Source: Macrostomum hystrix (lineage: Eukaryota > Animalia > Platyhelminthes). From it: DNA of 64,000 nucleotides. The notes beneath the pieces are model-generated. The model was not told the origin of the DNA. It did not search any database and saw only the letters and a program-made list of their open reading frames with translations. Location of the stretch: contig CATNEN010000038.1 of the NCBI GenBank assembly GCA_950097015.1, positions 11,284,001-11,348,000 on the forward strand. Direction: 5' to 3'. This document shows positions 12,218 to 23,700 of the stretch, one piece after another (positions within the stretch are counted from its first letter, which is position 1; every line of letters begins with the position of its first letter). A program made the position numbers and the translations under genes.

Positions 12218-13584
12218 TCAAAATTTGTTACTTATTATGCGAGAATGAGTTAGTACTAAACAAGCCGACTGTTAAAGCTGGAGGGAGAAAGTCTGGGTGC
12301 TAAAGCAGACGTTTCCGGTCGTGTGGGCTGCTATTTTATTCCGGGGTCCAGGTCCAGGAGGGGGTCGGTCCATAAGGGGAAGTCTACCATAGTAGACCAC
12401 TAAAAATAGCTAAATAGAAGTCTATGGTCTGACCTGGAGAACTTGGCTTGAAATTTGTTTACACTCGAAGTGTGAAGATTAGGCAGGGAGTGTCAGTCAA
12501 AGTTTTTTTGGCTGTGGGATATTATTGGCTACAAAAACATTGCTAGTCGCAAATAACGCGCATTGATTTCTTAAATCTCGAGTTTGTGGAGTTTCGAAGA
12601 AGGTCATCCGCTGTCCAATTGGCTGGTGAAGGTCTTTCGAAAAAACAACTGGTCTGGAGTTTTTCTTTCCTCCAGCTAGCGTGTTCAGTTGAATTGCACC
12701 AATATTTTTGGCTTTTTTATCGGGTTCGGTGGGTCTCGTTAGTCGATTGGTACCACAACCCCCTGTCTGGCTGTAAAGTTCTGTTTACTTCTCGCCAGTC
12801 TAGATTTGACAGTCTTTTGAGTCTCTATTATTTGTTATTTTAACTGAAATAACCAGCCAATAATCGGTTATTTTGTCTTTATTCTCTCAATAATAGCGTT
12901 AACGGAATTAGCTAGCCATACATAGCATTCGTTATTCTGATGAAATCTTAGCCAAAAATTGGCGTTTTCGAGCATTAGAAAACATTTACTGAAAGAGTTA
13001 CTGAAAACTGACCAATACATCAATTTAGAACCGTGATCAATATGATGTAATATTTTATTCCTTGAAGCAAATTAACAAAACCTAGACAATAATGTTCCAG
13101 AGGTTTCCAAAATGTACGAGTACATAGAACCTATACCCTCAGATTTGATATACTTTCAGATTGTAATAGAAAGCAAAAAATCACAAATTTCAAGTTTTCT
13201 ACACGCACGTATTTGACAGGATGACAAAATAACTTCTGGTATTAGTTAGGTACCATCGCACATTCCATAATGCACAACATATACGCTCCGACTTGGAAAT
13301 GCCAATAACTGGCGGTAAATGCTAAATTTATACAGAAACATACCGCATTGACAGTTTTAAATGGCATGTCAATTTGACAAAACTGGATCTATAGAACAGA
13401 AAGCCAGCTTTTTTATTTTGCCTTTTTGCTCCTATTTGAATGCCTAGGCTGAATCCAGATATCTTTTTAGTTTTGTTCTGTGCCTCTGTCGTGTTCTGGT
13501 AAATCACGACATCAGTTTATGACTGCGACTGCAAGTCATTGTCAGCCTGTAATAACTTGTATCTTATGACATGTAATAACGTAA

Positions 13585-13745
13585 TCACGACTTGAAGGTC
13601 AGGTGTTCGATTCCCACCGGAACAATTTGTATCCTTTAGCAAGACAACCATGCAGTCTACATTGCTCCAGTTCACCCAGCTGTTAAATGGGTATGGTAAT
13701 TGAGGGTGGGTGTGGCGTCCCCCCAGTCCATGGACTGAACAGCCT
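13585..13745 (+). mobile_element. SINE family 2, tRNA head plus CORE-like domain
   Basis: B box GTTCGATTCC followed by gtatcctttagcaagaca..ttgctccagttcacccagctgttaaatgggta, resembling the CORE-SINE domain; second copy at 3116-3232. Confidence 0.6.
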
Positions 13746-14559
13746 TCCAATAATGGTAGGCGTATTCAATTATTCTTATTTTTTTATGCAAAGGTATAAT
13801 TGAGGCCACAGTTACGGTCCAGGATTTTACATTTTTATGTGAAAATTGGGCTGGAAGAGACAAATCTATTAAGGCCCCTTGACCAGCCACGGAACAGAAC
13901 CAGCCATCACTTATCACAGAAGTAGCATAGATGGACACTTTTAACATTCTAAAATATAAAAAATTTCATTTCAGTTGATCGTCTGATTTCATTTTAACAA
14001 TTATAAATGAAGCCAAAAATTGTTTAAGTCAGTAATCTGTATTTAAGCTTTCAATAGAAATGGTTAAATCAATAGTTCGTTAATCTATATTGTGTTAAAA
14101 TTTGTATGAAAGTCATTTGTGTTAGTGTAAAAACGCGTAAAACATCAATAAAGTAAAGAAAAGAAGTATTAAAAATTAACTTGGTTTTTCTAGTCTTTAA
14201 AAATCACACATGCTGGACTGAAGTATATAGGCCCAAAAAATACTAAAAATAGATTGAAGAAATAAGTGTCGCAAAGATTTGTATTCGTTGAGTTAATATA
14301 TTACAATATATATTGGAAATGTAAATGTGAATTGTAAATACATTTACGCAAACAGAAAAAAGGGATTCAATTTCATATTGAAAACGCCAGCGCTTTCACG
14401 GTACAATTGAATAACTGTAAATACGAGCGTATTTTTGTTATAAATCACATGAAACATGAGTTTTGGTTCTATACAGTCAGAGAATTGTCCAGAGTTAAGA
14501 TAAACTAAGATAAATAACCACCCACTTAAACACTTCAAAAATAGCTTGCAAAAAACGCC

Positions 14560-14742
14560 ACCCATCCCAACACTTCAAAGACAGCTTGCTATAAATAGCC
14601 ACCTACCCCAAAACTTGGAGGTCAGCTTGCTATAAATAGCCACCCACCCCAACACTTCAAAGCCAGCTTGCAATAAATAGCCACCCTCCTAAACAAGCCA
14701 TGACAGCTTGCGATATTCACCAATCCCAACACCTCAAAGCCA
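14560..14742. repeat. Degenerate ~40-bp tandem repeat in the 3' region of the PTPN13-like gene
   Basis: cccaacacttcaaagccagcttgctataaatagccac repeated about 4-5 times. Confidence 0.7.
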
Positions 14743-14784
14743 GTTCGGAGTCATACAAACCCGCGGCGCAGTGTGCAGATGCTC

Positions 14785-17700
14785 TTAAGCGATACCACTG
14801 AGTTGACTGAAAAGCCTGCACGAGGCAGCGTAAAGCAGGCGGTACTGCTGTATTCTGACGATGGCCCCAGTCTGGCTCACTATGCTCTGCATCAGCTCCG
14901 GTACGGAGATCAACGGACGCTGCGAATGAAAAGTTCAAGCAAATAAGCTTAACTATTTTTTATCTTTGATATCACTTGGAACACTTCTTCTCACTGTAAG
15001 CTAACTAGTCACTCTCAAGCTGTGTCTGATCAGTCCCGTAATTACCGTCTGATCACTATCGTAGTAGCTGTCTAATTACTGTCATGGTTGACTAACTCTC
15101 GTAGTCCCGTAGTATTCTAATGCAATTTCTATATTACTGTCTTTTGGTCGTCAGTTCAATCGACTGCAATCACTCCGCCGCCCTGTTGCATAACAGTCAC
15201 CAGGCCTCGCTAAAACTGTCCAAAGCCGACACTGAAAATAACAGTCTTGGTACTGGCTCACAACAACTATTCACAATGGCCGCAACAAATGAAATCACGC
15301 AGGGCCACTTCAGTCACATCGAGTTAAGCTGGATAAGCTCATTCGCATGCCTATTCTCATTAGTTGGCCGTTCCTTCTGTGTGGCCTAGTTCGGCTACCC
15401 CTGACCCCATCTAGCAGATTCAGGGTCCACAAATTTGACAGCTGATAGCCTTAGGGCGTTGGCAAGCCAAACTGTGGTCAAAAAGTGTGTCACGCAACGC
15501 GTGCCTGGTCTGCAGTTTAATTTATTAACTACCGCAAACTACTTCCAGTGGGCAGTTTAGTTAAAAAGCTTTAATGTATGATGTATGGGATCAGCAATGA
15601 AGTGGGTCAGGCGATGAGCTGGGAAGTGGGTCAGGGGATCAGATTGGAAGTGGGTCAGGCGATGAGCTAGGAAGTGGGTCAGGGATCAGCTACGAAGTGG
15701 GTCAGGGGATCAGATAGGAATTGGGTCAGGGATCAGATTGGAAGTGGGTCAGGGATCAGCTACGAAGTGGGTCAGGGGATCAGATAGGAATTGGGTCAGG
15801 GATCAGATTGGAAGTGGGTCAGGGATCAGCTAGGAAGTGGGTCAAGGGACAAGCTAAGAAATGGGTCTAGGGTGTAGTTAATTAAATAAAAGTAAAGCAG
15901 AAGTACATGGAGAAGGTGCACAAGATGATGCACTTACAGTAGCCGACTCGCCATCCGCGTCTCCGTCGCCATCGCCGTCCACATTCATCTGAGCGCCCGC
16001 CTCCAGTGCGGCCACCAGGTGAGTGAGCGCAAGGCAGACGGCCGCTAAGCCGTCCAGTCGTCGTCGACCACCTCGCCGTTCAGTAGCCGTAGCCGACAGA
16101 GAAACCAGCAGAGGAGGCGAGTGCGTCGTTAAAGTTCGCCCTCCTGCGCCGCCTCCGGGCAGTGCGCTGGAGAGCTGCCATGCGCAGGCTGCGGCGGCGG
16201 CCAGAGCGGCGGCTGCGGCGCGTAGACGGACGCCGTCGACAGACGGCAAAGGCGAGGAGAAGTCCACAGCGCCGTCACCGGCGATAGGAAGGACGACGAA
16301 TAGACGAGCTGGGAGACGGCCGCCCGAACGGCGAATGCGGAGGCAGCGGAGAGCGAAGTCGCGATAGTTGCGGGACTCGATGAGCTGGACGCTTAGTTCG
16401 TCTGGAGTGACGGGAGTGATAGGTTTGATAAGGTATAGTGACATATTTGATAAGGGCAAGTGACTGGGCGAGTGACAGGCCTAATAAATTGATAAGTGAC
16501 AGGCTGGATAAGGGTAAGTGACAGGCTGGATAAGGGTAAGTGACAGGCTGGATAAGGGTAAGTGACAGGCTGGATAAGGGTAAGTGACAGGCTGGATAAG
16601 GGTAAGTGACAGGCTGGATAAGGGTAAGTGACAGGCTGGATAAGGGTAAGTGACAGGCTGGATAAGGGTAAGTGACAGGCTGGATAAGGGTAAGTGACAG
16701 GCTGGATAAGGGTAAGTGACAGGCTGGATAAGGGTAAGTGACAGGCTGGATAAGGGTAAGTGACAGGCTGGATAAGGGTAAGTGACAGGCTGGATAAGGG
16801 TAAGTGACAGGCTGGATAAGGGTAAGTGACAGGCTTGACAAAAAGAGTAGCCGGGGGTGCCTCACCCTTGCCCTCGCCGTAGCTGATCTCGTCGCCCGGC
16901 CGCCGAGGCCACAGACTGTCGGCCTCTCTAATGGACGCCAGCAGCCACAGGACACCGCAGCCGGAGTCCAACACACGGCGCCAGAACTCTCGCCGCTCCG
17001 TCGAGTCATCCGATGGCGCCAGCATCGCCTGGTAGCCGCGCTGAAGTCGACGCGCTCCGCCCAGCGTCACCGTTGTCGGACCAATGTCGCCGTCGCCGAG
17101 AAGGTCGACCTCAGAATCGACTTCGCTCTCGACCTGAGCAAATGAACGAAGATTAAAATAAAAAGGGGCGAAATTGGGGATTCTAGGAAATGATGATAGC
17201 GATAATGTAGTGCCTGTGTTCCTAATGGCCGTTGGTTCATGCCGGTTTGATTGGCTCGGCCTTGGCCTCACCCTCTATCACCCTCCTCTCCCCCTCCCTG
17301 CTCTGTGTGCCCTGTGCCGCCACCTGATTGGCTGGGCGCGGGCGTTGTCTGTCAATCCTTACCCCATCCCTGCGTGGCTTTGCCCTCTGTCCCGCCAATC
17401 AGCTCTGCGTAGCTTTGCCCGTCCACCAGGACAGCGCGTACAACCGTACCCCTCCCTGCGCGCTGATGTCTTGACGGTCTCTTACTGCAAAGACTGAATT
17501 TATTGCATGACAGCAAATACACAGAACTCTTCAGAGAAGCCACCTGCGTCATCCTGCGTTCCGACCGGTAAGCGCTGCATTCGTGTCTCTCCTTTCGGAG
17601 TGTCAGGCCTGTACTGTACGATTTTACGTAGGAGTACTGCGTGAGTGTCCAAACGCTACGGGTAAGATATATACCCTAGTTTACTCAATGGTACTGTAGG

Positions 17701-20700
17701 CCGGGACCCCGAACCGACCACAGTCACTACAATAATCAAAGGGGGAATTTAGCAGAGCCAGGTGAGGTGCCACCACCTGAGCGAACTCGGCCCCCAGTCG
17801 CTGCGCGCTTCCGGCCAGCGCCTCCAGCCGGGCCAGGGTCCGCCTGGCCGTCGAATTCGCCGTCGCCGTCGACGTCAGCGTAGCCGCATAGATGGAACCG
17901 GCGCAAAGGCGGGGTCGGTGCAGCCCGATGGCGTCGACTTCGGCCTGGCCGAGCTCGGACAGCGGAGCCGCGCTCAGCAGAAGCTGGCCAGCCGGCAGGC
18001 GCTGACCATCGGCTGTCGGCGTCGACCTACCCGAGGCAGGCGCCGACGCGCCGTCAATCGTTGTAGCCGAAGGCGCAGCCGCTAGCGCCGACACTTGAAG
18101 GGGAGCTTCGCCTTCGTCAACGATGACGCCCGCCTCGGCCAGCTCCTCCGGGGCGAAGATGCCGCTCGACTCCATGATGGTCGTGTCCGCGTCGTCCTGA
18201 ATTGGGGGATCATTTTGCTTCAAATAGAGTCTGACTTTGTTTCGGGTCGGGACCCAGAATGACTCTTTTTAGGGATGAGGATTAATTCAGTATAGATAGG
18301 GAATTTTCGGGGACTTTTTAGTAGGAATGGGATTTTTCAGTGGGATGGGGACTATTTGAGATGGGATTTTTTTTAGTAGGGATGGGAATTTTTAGTAGGG
18401 ATGGGAATTTTCAGTAAGAATGGGATTTTTCAGTGGGGATGGGGACTATTTGGGATGGGAATTTTAAGTAGGGATAGGATATTTTAGGATGGGTTTTTTT
18501 AGGACTGGGATTTTTAGTAGTGATAGGTACTATTTAATAAGTTTTGGGAATTTTTCGAAGGAATGACCAGTTTTAAACGAAGCTAGATATCGAAATAAAG
18601 CAGGAATACGGATTTAATGAGTCGGGATAATAAACTTTTTAGTAGTAGGGATGAGAATCAGCTTCGCCTGATCTCCGCTCACCCTGGAGGTCAGGGATTC
18701 GACCTCCGTCTCCTCGGAGATTCGAGTTCCACCGCCCGAACCTGGCAAACCGAGCGAACCGCGGGTCAAGGTCAGGTCAATCTCGTCGAGATGGCCGCAC
18801 AGGCTGAGCAGCTCATTAACCTGTTGGCAACGGGTGCGCAGCAATATGATAGGTGATTCGATTTGACTCGAGAACCGAAGCAGGAGGCAAATGGGAATCA
18901 AAGCTAGAAATGTAGCAGGAATCGAAGCTAGAGATTCAGCAGGAATCGAAGCTAGAAATGTAGCAGGAATCGAAGCTAGAGATTCAGCAGGAATCGAAGC
19001 TAGAAATGTAGCAGGAATCGAAGCTAGAGATTCAGCAGGAATCGAAGCTAGAGATTCAGCAGGAATCGAAGCTAGAGATTTAGCAGGAATCGAAGCTTGA
19101 GATTTATTAGGAATCGAAGCAAGGGTCAAATCGGAGCATTGTGGAGAGCGGCCAACTTCACCTGATGAGTGTTTGCACCAGTGCTCAAATCGTAGGGTCC
19201 AATACGCAGCAGGCGGTCTCCAATTCTGACTGAGGCGAGCGACTCCCCGGCAGCCGAAGGCAGGACGGCCAGCACGCAGACGCCGCCGCTTGGCAGATCG
19301 CCGAGCTGCAGCGGTAATGGCCGCGAGCCGTCGGCCTCTCGCGGCAACGGCAGTGACACTGAGTAGGCTGCTACAGACTGCGGCAGGTAGGGAGCCCTGA
19401 GGGGAGCGGATAGCGGTCGCTTGTGGTTCCTGATTTATAGCCTTCGGGGTGAAGTCTTGGAGTCTTGGAGGCACATAATTTGGTGACACCGCGAGGAGGC
19501 ATGATCTGCAGCCAGCGAGGAGGCAATTCCGCTGACTCCTGAGCACACACGCACACAGATACTGTACGCAGGCATACGCTCACACAGGTGTGAATTGCAC
19601 GACAAGCCCCCAAGCCTTCTCTCCGAGGCTGCGCCCCAAATGAATGTGGCCTCGCCGCGGAATCGAGCTGAGGGACCTTGGTGCGGGAGGCAAACGCGTT
19701 AATCGCTCTGCTACCGACCCCTCGACCACAGGCCTCTTAGCAATTATAATTACGAGCTCTAAAATGCCAGGGATCGAACTCACCAAGGTAGGCAATAATG
19801 AGCTCACCTGCCAGTGATACCGACAGCCACGCCTTGGTCGCTATCGTCGCTGAACGAGTCTCCCGCCTCCGCAGCTGCCTCGTCCTCCTCGGCCAGCTCT
19901 TCGTCGTCCGTCGGCGCCGGTTCGAACTCGCGCAGCACCCGGATGCGCACACGACGCGGCGCGGCCCTCAGCGCCTCGACGCAGTCGTCGTGTCGCATCC
20001 GGGACACGTCGATGTCGTTCACAGCCAGGAGGCGATCGCCCGGACGCAGCACGCCGTCTGACAGGGCCGGGTCGCGTACGATACTGCGAATGTAGCAGCC
20101 TCCAGTGGTGTCCTGCCCGCCGGACACCAGGAAGCCGAGGCCACCACCGCCAACTTCGTCCTGCGGAGTCGGGCGACAGAGTAAACATGCTTGGGGTGGC
20201 TGTGTGTGGCTTGGGGTGGCTGTGCGTGGCTTGGGGTGGCTGTATGTGTGGCTTGGGGTGGCTGTGTGTGGCTTGGGATGGGTGTGTGTGAGGCTTGGGG
20301 TGGCTGTGTGTGTGGCTTGGGATGGGTGTGTGTGAGGCTTGGGGTGGCTGTGTGTGTGGCTTAGCGTGGTTGTGTGTGTGGCTTGGGATGGGTGTGTGTG
20401 AGGCTTGGGGTGGCTGTGTGTGTGGCTTAGCGTGGTTGTGTGTGAGGCTTGGGGTGGCTGTGTGTGTGGCTTGGGGTGGCTGTGTGTGTGGCTTGGGGTG
20501 GGTGTTAGGCTTGGGGCGGGTGTGAGGCTTGAGGTGGGTGTAAGGCTAGGTGTAAGGCTAGCAAGGCCGATGGTCAGCAATTCAATCAAACCTTGTACAG
20601 CACAGTTTCAACAAGACCCGGCGCCTCCTTGGCGTCGATCTCGGCCAGCCGACGAGCCATCCGGTCAATCAGCGAATCCTCGTCAATGGATGAGGACAGT

Positions 20701-23700
20701 CGCAGCGAGTCCCTGTTCGCTGCGGCTTCATCAGTCGGCTCCGGGCTAAGAAGCAGCGGCACTCGCGGCCGCGCAATGTACAGTCGAATCGGGCTGGCAG
20801 CGGCCCGCAGCATGGCCACGATTTCAGCGTGGCTTCTGCCATAGACGGGCTGGTCAGCGATCTCCAATAGCAGATCGCCGTCGCTCAGCAGGCGCTGCAC
20901 TGACTCATGGCTGTGCTCCAATACCCGTTTGATGCGTCCGAAGTGGCGCAGCGCCGACGTGCCGCCGAGGACGCCATCGTCAGAGGAGACGCTACCGCCA
21001 GTCACGGCTGAGTTGCCCGGATGATAGCCGCCAGAAACCTACGATGAACGACGAACATGTTTAACAGAACATAGTCAACACGCCGTACTTAGGATGCTAA
21101 ATTTAGAAACATGACCGAGATGAATATTGACGTCAGCAGCTATTTTTAGAAACATATAATACTTGTGTGTCCCAAAGTACGTGAGTAAGGTTTCTATTTT
21201 TAGAAACAGACACAACGCACCTGAATTCCAACGCTTCCCGACTCATTCTTGTACACGGAGACCGGCAGGCAGTCGCAATAGCTGCTCAACTGGGGAAAAG
21301 CCTCTTTTAGTCGCTTCCTGCCAGCCAGTACGGAGGCTGAGTCCAGCAGGCTCGAATCCGGCGAGCCAACACCGATACCGCCAACGCCGCCGCCACTGCT
21401 GATGCCAAAACTGTCGCCGCCATCTTCTGTGGTTGTCGGACTGTCAGGCGGCGGCGGCGGCCCTGGCGGCTGAGTCGGCTGGCCGCGTTCGAGGTGAAAC
21501 ACCGAGATCTCCGGAGCCGAAAGCAGCGTCTCCATGGCAACCTTGTGAGTAACGCGTTCCAGGCTGACGCTGTTCACCCAAATGATCTTGTCATTGACTC
21601 GGATGCGCGCGTCCAAGTCTGCGGCGCCACCTTTCGCGATCGACTTCACGTAGATGGCGCCGCCCTCCAGGCTCGTGTTCGTGCCTCCCTGGAGGCGGTG
21701 GATGAAATGTACTTTTAGAGTACATTCTGTTCTCAGCGACAACATTTTATTGAGGTGAAGACAATAGACAAAAATACACACATACACAGATACATTCCGT
21801 ACATGTGATTGCGCTTAACAGTACAGACTTAAGCATTTCTTCCTGAAGTAGCGCTTCCACATGCGATCAAACGATCGAATTTCAAAATGGCATGAGCACA
21901 TGAGCACTCACCCAGACATAGAAGCCGAAGCTGTCATCCTTCTTTCTTAGAGTAACCTTGAACTTATCGCCCGGGAGAAGGTCGCGCACTCCGCCGGCGC
22001 CGCTGCTGACGCGGCTCAGCTGGGAGGTTTTGCGGTCCAGCTCTAGCTGATGTCGGGTCTTCACGATGATCGTGTCCTGGGTGGACGCTGTACCCTCAGA
22101 GGAGCCTAAAGAGATGAACAGGGAACTCTGAATACACGGAGGCTGATAAATTTATCAAATTTAGCTTGGACAAATTGCGTCATTCGCCGAGTGCGACTCA
22201 CCGCCGTCGTCATCGCCGCCAAAGCCCCCAGAGGCCGGTGTGACGCTGAACGTTGGCAGCGTCGGATTCGATGCCCATCGGCGCCCGCCGCCGCTGGCAG
22301 CCGGTGTTGTTAACTTCGTCGGCGTCACGGACGTTGTCATCTGCGGCGGCGGTGGCCTCAGCGGCGGAGCCGGCCGCACCAAGCCGTACGCCGAAGAAAC
22401 CTCGGCGGCTTTCTGGTTCTCCATCTCGTCAGTGTCCGACGCAGAGCCTTGGTGGTCGACGGGTGTCCGTGAGTAGATATCGCCGAGGCTGCCAGATGCT
22501 CCAGCGCCACGATCGTGTCGTCGAGAGCGTCGTCGACGCTGTCGGGTCGGCGGCCTGTCTTGGCGGCGACGACGCGCCGACGAAGCAGCATCGTCGTCTT
22601 CAGCTTCAGCCTCGGCGCCGACGCCACCGGAGCTGTAGGACGCCGAGCCCGATGAGATGGTAGCGTCAGCGCCGCCATTGCTGACGTAGCCGGCAATCTG
22701 CAAGTGGTTTAAGCCGGAGCTGTCGGTGGCGGCCGACACAAAGTTTATATCGTCGTCAATGTCGTCTCCGCGCACAAATGCTTCATCGAAGCCGTCGCGG
22801 CCGAGGCGGCTCAGCATTGAGCGAACCCGTACTGTGGTGGCGCCTGGCTGCAAAAGGTTCTGGCGCGACGGCGGCTGCACTGCCGCTGACGACCTGTCAG
22901 CGATTGGTGAGTGAGATTGGTGTGCAGCTTCGTATTTGAGCCGAGCGGTCTGGAGTTCGAATCTGCCCAAGGGAAACAGTTTTTAACAGTCCTAATTTGT
23001 GCCAGACACTTAATTAATTCCCTAGTGCTTCAGTTTATCAAGCCGTTAAATGGATATCAGGAGTAGTGTTGTGTATGCGGTCTACATTGGCTTGCATGCG
23101 GTCGCCTTAAGTGCAAGCGTTCGCGGCGCGCGTTCTGATTGGCTGGCGGGTTTTACTGTCTGCCCCAAACTGGTCTAGGCCGGGTTGGGGGTTTAGTTGT
23201 TGAAGTGACTGTCTAAATATTTGCTTTTTTAAGTCTTGCAAGCCTTTGTCAACCTTCTAAATCATTACTGCTTCGATTTTTCTTTGGCTACGCTGCCTCA
23301 GCCTTCACAGTCCACGGTACTTACTCAGCTCTAGCTGGACCGGAAGCAACCAGCCGCTGCTGCTGCTGCTGCTGCCACTGGCCCTTGCCGCTGCCGGTGG
23401 CCAAAGTCTGCGAAGCCCATCGCTGCACCCCGACGTCGGCCGATGCGACAGAAGGCGAGGCGCCCAGCTCCGGCCAGGAGGCGCGCAGCCGACCGGACCA
23501 GTCGTGCAGCTGGCTGCACAGGGCCGCGAGATACTTGCCGAGCTTGGCGCTGCCCAGCTGAAACTGCAGCCGGCCCAGTTCTCGGCCGTTCACTCGCAGC
23601 GAAGTTGTCGAAGCTACAACAAGTTTGGCGCGCTTGAAGGACACCTTCTCGGCGTCCTGCCAGGCTAGGCGATGCAACGGCGGACAGGCCGGATGCCGTC

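Noticed and set aside
12385-12432. Tiny CATAG...CTATG inverted-repeat element
   Set aside because: TIR too short and the flanks are not a clean duplication
17473-17600. Functional SL RNA gene
   Set aside because: No GT directly after the terminal ATG, no evident Sm-binding site, and the first ~7 nt of the leader do not match
15878-19546. GC-rich minus-strand ORFs as a transposon or separate gene
   Set aside because: They splice in phase into the PTPN13-like gene (last PDZ and degenerate PTP domain)
10230-22100. Functional coupling between the receptor's ESVL tail and the neighbouring PDZ protein
   Set aside because: Genomic adjacency in an animal genome is not evidence of interaction
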